A DNA stretch of 54,382 nt from Nemertoderma westbladi (taxonomy: Eukaryota > Animalia > Xenacoelomorpha). The position numbers were made by a program, and so were the translations under genes. The notes below the pieces were generated by a model that saw only the letters and a list, made by a program, of their open reading frames with translations, did no database searches and was not told the origin of the DNA. The stretch spans positions 1 to 54,382 of the forward strand of contig JAUCBJ010003563.1 of the NCBI GenBank assembly GCA_032718475.1, given 5' to 3'. Shown one piece after another: positions 46,601 through 54,382 of the stretch (position 1 is the stretch's first letter; the number at the start of each line of letters is the position of its first letter).

Positions 46601-49600
46601 TTAATAACATGGCTCGCCCCTTATTTCCATGTTAATCACATGGCTCGCCCCTTATTTACATGGTAATTACATGGCTCGCCCCTTATTTCCATGTTAATAA
46701 CATGGCTCGCCCCTTATTTCCATGTTAATAACATGACTCGCCCCTTATTTACATGTTAATCACATGACTCGCCCCTTATTTCCATGTTAGTCACATGTCT
46801 CGCAACTTATTTACATGGTAATTACATGGCTCGCCCCTTATTTCTATGTTAATCACATGGCTCGCCCCTTAATTCCATGTTAATAACATGACTCGCCCCT
46901 TATTTCCATGTTAATAACATGGCTCGCCCCTTATTTCCATGTTAATAACATGACTCGCCCCTTATTTCTATGTTAATCACATGACTCGCCCCTTATTTCC
47001 ATGTTAATAACATGACTCGCCCCTTATTTCTATGTTAATAACATGGCTCGCCCCTTATTTCCATGTTAATAACATGACTCGCCCCTTATTTCTATGTTAA
47101 TCACATGGCTCGCCCCTTATTTACATGGTAATTACATGGCTCGCCCCTTATTTACTATGTTAATCACATGACTCGCCCCTTATTTCCATGTTAGTCACAT
47201 GTCTCGCAACTTATTTACATGGTAATAACATGACTCGCCCCTTATTTACATGTTAATCACATGACTCGCCCCTTATTTCCATGTTAGTCACATGTCTCGC
47301 AACTTATTTACATGGTAATAACATGACTCGCCCCTTATTTACATGTTAATCACATGACTCGCCCCTTATTTCCATGTTAGTCACATGTCTCGCAACTTAT
47401 TTACATGGTAATTACATGGCTCGCCCCTTATTTCTATGTTAGTCACATGTCTCGCCCCTTATTTACATGGTAATTACATGGCTCGCCCCTTATTTCTATG
47501 TTAATCACATGACTCGCCCCTTATTTCCATGTTAGTCACATGGCTCGCCCCTTATTTACATGGTAATCACATGGCTCGCCCCTTATTTCTATGTTAATCA
47601 CATGGCTCGCCCCTTATTTACATGGTAATTACATGGCTCGCCCCTTATTTCCATGTTAATAACATGGCTCGCCCCTTATTTCCATGTTAATAACATGGCT
47701 CGCCCCTTATTTACATGTTAATCACATGACTCGCCCCTTATTTACATGTTAATCACATGACTCGCCCCTTATTTACATGTTAATCACATGACTCGCCCCT
47801 TATTTACATGGTAATCACATGACTCGCCCCTTATTTCTATGTTAATCACATGGCTCGCCCCTTATTTACATGGTAATTACATGGCTCGCCCCTTATTTCC
47901 ATGTTAATAACATGGCTCGCCCCTTATTTCCATGTTAATCACATGGCTCGCCCCTTATTTACATGGTAATTACATGGCTCGCCCCTTATTTCCATGTTAA
48001 TAACATGGCTCGCCCCTTATTTCCATGTTAATAACATGACTCGCCCCTTATTTCCATGTTAATAACATGGCTCGCCCCTTATTTCCATGTTAATAACATG
48101 ACTCGCCCCTTATTTACATGTTAATCACATGACTCGCCCCTTATTTCCATGTTAGTCACATGTCTCGCAACTTATTTACATGGTAATTACATGGCTCGCC
48201 CCTTATTTCTATGTTAATCACATGGCTCGCCCCTTATTTCCATGTTAATAACATGACTCGCCCCTTATTTCCATGTTAATAACATGGCTCGCCCCTTATT
48301 TCCATGTTAATAACATGACTCGCCCCTTATTTCTATGTTAATCACATGACTCGCCCCTTATTTCAATGTTAATCACATGACTCGCCCCTTATTTCTATGT
48401 TAATCACATGACTCGCCCCTTATTTCCATGTTAGTCACATGTCTCGCAACTTATTTACATGGTAATCACATGGCTCGCCCCTTATTTCTATGTTAATCAC
48501 ATGGCTCGCCCCTTATTTACATGGTAATTACATGGCTCGCCCCTTATTTCCATGTTAATAACATGGCTCGCCCCTTATTTCCATGTTAATAACATGGCTC
48601 GCCCCTTATTTCCATGTTAATAACATGACTCGCCCCTTATTTCCATGTTAATAACATGGCTCGCCCCTTATTTCCATGTTAATAACATGACTCGCCCCTT
48701 ATTTCCATGTTAATAACATGACTCGCCCCTTATTTACATGTTAATCACATGACTCGCCCCTTATTTCCATGTTAGTCACATGTCTCGCAACTTATTTACA
48801 TGGTAATTACATGGCTCGCCCCTTATTTCCATGTTAATAACATGGCTCGCCCCTTATTTCCATGTTAATAACATGGCTCGCCCCTTATTTCCATGTTAAT
48901 AACATGACTCGCCCCTTATTTCCATGTTAATAACATGGCTCGCCCCTAATTTCCATGTTAATAACATGGCTCGCCCCTTATTTCCATGTTAATAACATGG
49001 CTCGCCCCTTATTTCCATGTTAATAACATGACTCGCCCCTTATTTCCATGTTAATAACATGGCTCGCCCCTTATTTCCATGTTAGTCACATGTCTCGCAA
49101 CTTATTTACATGGTAATCACATGGCTCGCCCCTTATTTCTATGTTAATCACATGGCTCGCCCCTTATTTACATGGTAATTACATGGCTCGCCCCTTATTT
49201 CCATGTTAATAACATGGCTCGCCCCTTATTTCCATGTTAATAACATGGCTCGCCCCTTATTTCCATGTTAATAACATGACTCGCCCCTTATTTCCATGTT
49301 AATAACATGGCTCGCCCCTTATTTCCATGTTAATAACATGACTCGCCCCTTATTTACATGTTAATCACATGACTCGCCCCTTATTTCCATGTTAGTCACA
49401 TGTCTCGCAACTTATTTACATGGTAATAACATGACTCGCCCCTTATTTCCATGTTAGTCACATGTCTCGCAACTTATTTACATGGTAATAACATGACTCG
49501 CCCCTTATTTCCATGTTAATCACATGACTCGCCCCTTATTTCCATGTTAGTCACATGTCTCGCAACTTATTTACATGGTAATTACATGGCTCGCCCCTTA

Positions 49601-52600
49601 TTTCCATGTTAATAACATGGCTCGCCCCTTATTTCCATGTTAATAACATGACTCGCCCCTTATTTCCATGTTAATAACATGGCTCGCCCCTAATTTCCAT
49701 GTTAATAACATGACTCGCCCCTTATTTACATGTTAATCACATGACTCGCCCCTTATTTCCATGTTAGTCACATGTCTCGCAACTTATTTACATGGTAATT
49801 ACATGGCTCGCCCCTTATTTCCATGTTAATAACATGGCTCGCCCCTTATTTCCATGTTAATAACATGACTCGCCCCTTATTTACATGTTAATCACATGAC
49901 TCGCCCCTTATTTCCATGTTAGTCACATGTCTCGCAACTTATTTACATGGTAATTACATGGCTCGCCCCTTATTTCCATGTTAATAACATGGCTCGCCCC
50001 TTATTTCCATGTTAATAACATGACTCGCCCCTTATTTCCATGTTAATAACATGGCTCGCCCCTAATTTCCATGTTAATAACATGACTCGCCCCTTATTTA
50101 CATGTTAATCACATGACTCGCCCCTTATTTCCATGTTAGTCACATGTCTCGCAACTTATTTACATGGTAATAACATGACTCGCCCCTTATTTACATGTTA
50201 ATCACATGACTCGCCCCTTATTTCCATGTTAGTCACATGTCTCGCAACTTATTTACATGGTAATTACATGACTCGCCCCTTATTTCTATGTTAGTCACAT
50301 GACTCGCCCCTTATTTCCATGTTAGTCACATGTCTCGCAACTTATTTACATGGTAATTACATGGCTCGCCCCTTATTTCCATGTTAGTCACATGTCTCGC
50401 AACTTATTTACATGGTAATAACATGACTCGCCCCTTATTTACATGTTAATCACATGACTCGCCCCTTATTTCCATGTTAGTCACATGTCTCGCAACTTAT
50501 TTACATGGTAATTACATGGCTCGCCCCTTATTTCCATGTTAGTCACATGTCTCGCAACTTATTTACATGGTAATAACATGACTCGCCCCTTATTTACATG
50601 TTAATCACATGACTCGCCCCTTATTTCCATGTTAGTCACATGTCTCGCAACTTATTTACATGGTAATTACATGACTCGCCCCTTATTTCTATGTTAGTCA
50701 CATGTCTCGCCCCTTATTTACATGGTAATTACATGGCTCGCCCCTTATTTCTATGTTAATCACATGATCGCCCCTTATTTCCATGTTAGTCACATGTCTC
50801 GCAACTTATTTACATGGTAATAACATGACTCGCCCCTTATTTACATGTTAATCACATGACTCGCCCCTTATTTCCATGTTAGTCACATGTCTCGCAACTT
50901 ATTTACATGGTAATTACATGACTCGCCCCTTATTTCTATGTTAATCACATGACTCGCCCCTTATTTACATGGTAATTACATGACTCGCCCCTTATTTCTA
51001 TGTTAGTCACATGTCTCGCCCCTTATTTACATGGTAATTACATGGCTCGCCCCTTATTTCTATGTTAATCACATGGCTCGCCCCTTATTTACATGGTAAT
51101 TACATGGCTCGCCCCTTATTTCTATGTTAATCACATGATCGCCCCTTATTTCCATGTTAGTCACATGTCTCGCAACTTATTTACATGGTAATAACATGAC
51201 TCGCCCCTTATTTACATGTTAATCACATGACTCGCCCCTTATTTCCATGTTAGTCACATGTCTCGCAACTTATTTACATGGTAATAACATGACTCGCCCC
51301 TTATTTACATGTTAATCACATGGCTCGCCCCTTATTTACATGTTAATCACATGGCTCGCCCCTTATTTACATGTTAATCACATGACTCGCCCCTTATTTC
51401 CATGTTAGTCACATGTCTCGCCCCTTATTTACATGGTAATTACATGGCTCGCCCCTTATTTCTATGTTAATCACATGGCTCGCCCCTTATTTACATGGTA
51501 ATTACATGGCTCGCCCCTTATTTCTATGTTAATCACATGATCGCCCCTTATTTCCATGTTAGTCACATGTCTCGCAACTTATTTACATGGTAATAACATG
51601 ACTCGCCCCTTATTTACATGTTAATCACATGACTCGCCCCTTATTTCCATGTTAGTCACATGTCTCGCAACTTATTTACATGGTAATAACATGACTCGCC
51701 CCTTATTTACATGTTAATCACATGGCTCGCCCCTTATTTACATGTTAATCACATGGCTCGCCCCTTATTTACATGTTAATCACATGACTCGCCCCTTATT
51801 TCCATGTTAGTCACATGGCTCGCCCCTTATTTCCATGTTAATAACATGACTCGCCCCTTATTTCTATGTTAATCACATGACTCGCCCCTTATTTCCATGT
51901 TAGTCACATGTCTCGCAACTTATTTACATGGTAATAACATGACTCGCCCCTTATTTACATGTTAATCACATGACTCGCCCCTTATTTCCATGTTAGTCAC
52001 ATGTCTCGCAACTTATTTACATGGTAATAACATGACTCGCCCCTTATTTACATGTTAATCACATGACTCGCCCCTTATTTCCATGTTAGTCACATGGCTC
52101 GCCCCTTATTTACATGTTAATCACATGACTCGCCCCTTATTTCCATGTTAGTCACATGTCTCGCCCCTTATTTCTATGTTAGTCACATGTCTCGCAACTT
52201 ATTTACATGGTAATAACATGACTCGCCCCTTATTTACATGTTAATCACATGACTCGCCCCTTATTTCCATGTTAGTCACATGGCTCGCCCCTTATTTCTA
52301 TGTTAATCACATGATCGCCCCTTATTTCCATGTTAGTCACATGTCTCGCAACTTATTTACATGGTAATTACATGGCTCGCCCCTTATTTCCATGTTAATA
52401 ACATGACTCGCCCCTTATTTACATGTTAATCACATGACTCGCCCCTTATTTCCATGTTAGTCACATGGCTCGCCCCTTATTTACATGGTAATTACATGGC
52501 TCGCCCCTTATTTCTATGTTAGTCACATGTCTCGCCCCTTATTTACATGGTAATTACATGACTCGCCCCTTATTTCCATGTTAATAACATGGCTCGCCCC

Positions 52601-52851
52601 TTATTTCCATGTTAATAACATGGCTCGCCCCTTATTTCTATGTTAATCACATGGCTCGCCCCTTATTTCTATGTTAATCACATGATCGCCCCTTATTTCC
52701 ATGTTAGTCACATGACTCGCCCCTTATTTCCATGTTAGTCACATGTCTCGCAACTTATTTACATGGTAATTACATGGCTCGCCCCTTATTTCTATGTTAA
52801 TCACATGACTCGCCCCTTATTTCCATGTTAGTCACATGGCTCGCCCCTTAT
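43678..52851. repeat. 31-bp satellite (ACATGGCTCGCCCCTTATTTCCATGTTAATA), ~295 copies
   Basis: Continuous ~9.2-kb array; variation mostly confined to a few positions; no ORFs in the track. Confidence 0.98.
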
Positions 52852-53389
52852 ATAATTATCTGGCTTTTACTATTCAGTAGTAATAGCATTCTAATCGATC
52901 ACACAATTAAATGTGAGCCATCCGTATAAACGAACTAGGGTTTTATATCTACTCGTAACTTTCTCCATTAAAATGTTTCACAATAATCCGTAAATTAATT
53001 GGTTATCGATCGGTGTAACGTTGATTGTTTATAGCTACATGACCCAGGATCGAAACGGTAACCCGCACACTTGAATAATTAAAATTACAAACCAAACCGA
53101 TATCAAAGAGAAAGCGAGTTATTTATAATCTTTTTTAAAGAAATAATATCGGCTTGTACTGTATGTACGCATGAACCAATTATACCTAGAGTGCTCTAAG
53201 AATGGTGCACGTTCTGATACGGTCAAAAGTGTTACATCGGCTATATGGTTCACATTTATAATTTGGTATAATTATCTAATATCAATTTTAACTATTAATT
53301 ACCTAATTTACCCGCCACTTATAAGACTGTTATGAGGGCGCCACACTAACTCCCAAGGCTGAACCATAATAACTAATCAACATTTTTTC

Positions 53390-53600
53390 CCCAACAAACA
53401 GAGGCCACACACATTCCTATTGAACAGCTGGGTTTGCTTAAGCACTAATGTTTAAAATGTAATGTCTTGCTTAGGGGCACAACATCGCAAAATGTATACT
53501 TCCTTTAGTAGGATTTGAACCTGGGCCACCAAACCTTACTTTAGCCAAACCTTAAACCAAATCTTAAACCAAACCTTACGCGCAGTACCCACGCGGTCAC
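53390..53600 (-). mobile_element. CORE-type tRNA SINE, degenerate
   Basis: GTCTTGCTTAGGGGCACAAC (CORE-like CTTGCCCAAGGG), ACAGCTGGGT, and reverse B-box GGATTTGAACC at ~53511. Confidence 0.6.
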
Positions 53601-54167
53601 TGAGACATAAATATATCATGTTTTGAATTTGACACGTCTCGAAATTTACTTGCTAACTCGAGACCGTGCAGATCATAAATCTATGCCAGTTAAGTTAAGA
53701 ATATAATAGGACTGGCACAAGTAGGAGCATAACTTATAGCTTATTCATTGCCGGTTCTATTGGCAATCCGAGGTGAGGTTGTGTCAATACCGTAGCATCA
53801 GCCACGGTATGGTTGTCTGTGCTCGGCCCCGACATAATTTACATAGCTGAAAATCCCTCATGAAAATTGACCACGATGAAAATCTGACAGGCGGTAAATA
53901 CCATATCTATAAAATCAATCAAATTTTATGTTAGTATACCTTTCCTATCTCTTGCGGTTGTGTCTGCAACTATAATATTGTTGGGTTCGGTGTGTGCTTG
54001 TGTTTGTTTGAAGATTTCTAAAACTAACACCTAAGGGACGAACAATGATATGCCACACCCGAGCGCAATAGGTTATAATCGCCCCTCAGAGAATTCATGT
54101 AGTTTATATCATTGTATATCTGTCTCGCCAACAATGTAAAGAATGATAATGATACAATCGTATATAC

Positions 54168-54382
54168 AGATACGGGGGGGGGGGGGGGGGGGGGGACTGG
54201 ACGCAATAAAAATCCATCCCTCTCCAGGGAAATTGGACGCAAATAACAGCTCATTACTCTCAAAAATAAAACTGGAACCTGTTCTATTGTATTTAGTTTA
54301 TTGTTTTGGTTAAAATAACGTGCCACTGTAACATGCTCCTTCCCCTAAATTGAGAATTGAACATTGAGGCGGGATATTAATT
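54168..54382. mobile_element. Second copy of the 1602-1858 MITE, truncated by window end
   Basis: Collinear, close match to 1602-1818 including the (G)nACTGGACGCAA terminus. Confidence 0.85.

Noticed and set aside
43678-52851. CRISPR-like array (31-bp repeats with dyad symmetry)
   Set aside because: No unique spacers, no cas genes, eukaryotic context; it is a head-to-tail satellite. The same applies to the 36-bp array.

Overview
AT-rich eukaryotic (invertebrate animal) genomic DNA; an echinoderm-like origin is a weak inference only. Three protein-coding genes are supported. (1) An intronless ZCCHC24-like gene (5209-6639, +) with a 28-copy in-frame FT[Q/E/P]LPSPRDP repeat and a truncated last zinc module. 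(2) A full-length axonemal outer-arm beta-type dynein heavy chain (9109-22491, +) encoded as one uninterrupted 13.4-kb ORF, with RFX-like X-boxes and a probable 5'-UTR intron upstream. (3) A divergent, multi-exon Speedy/RINGO CDK-activator gene on the minus strand, which the ORF track shows only as fragments; six exons splice in phase from 31403 to 23157 and the N-terminal exon is ambiguous. The rest is MITEs, SINE and LINE fragments, HINE/DINE-like repeats and five non-coding tandem arrays (33, 48, 33, 36/63 and 31 bp units). One array grows out of a SINE tail and one is a ~9-kb palindrome-bearing satellite with linked variants. The long repeat-derived ORFs at 23.9-27.6 kb and 40.2-42.9 kb are not accepted as genes.
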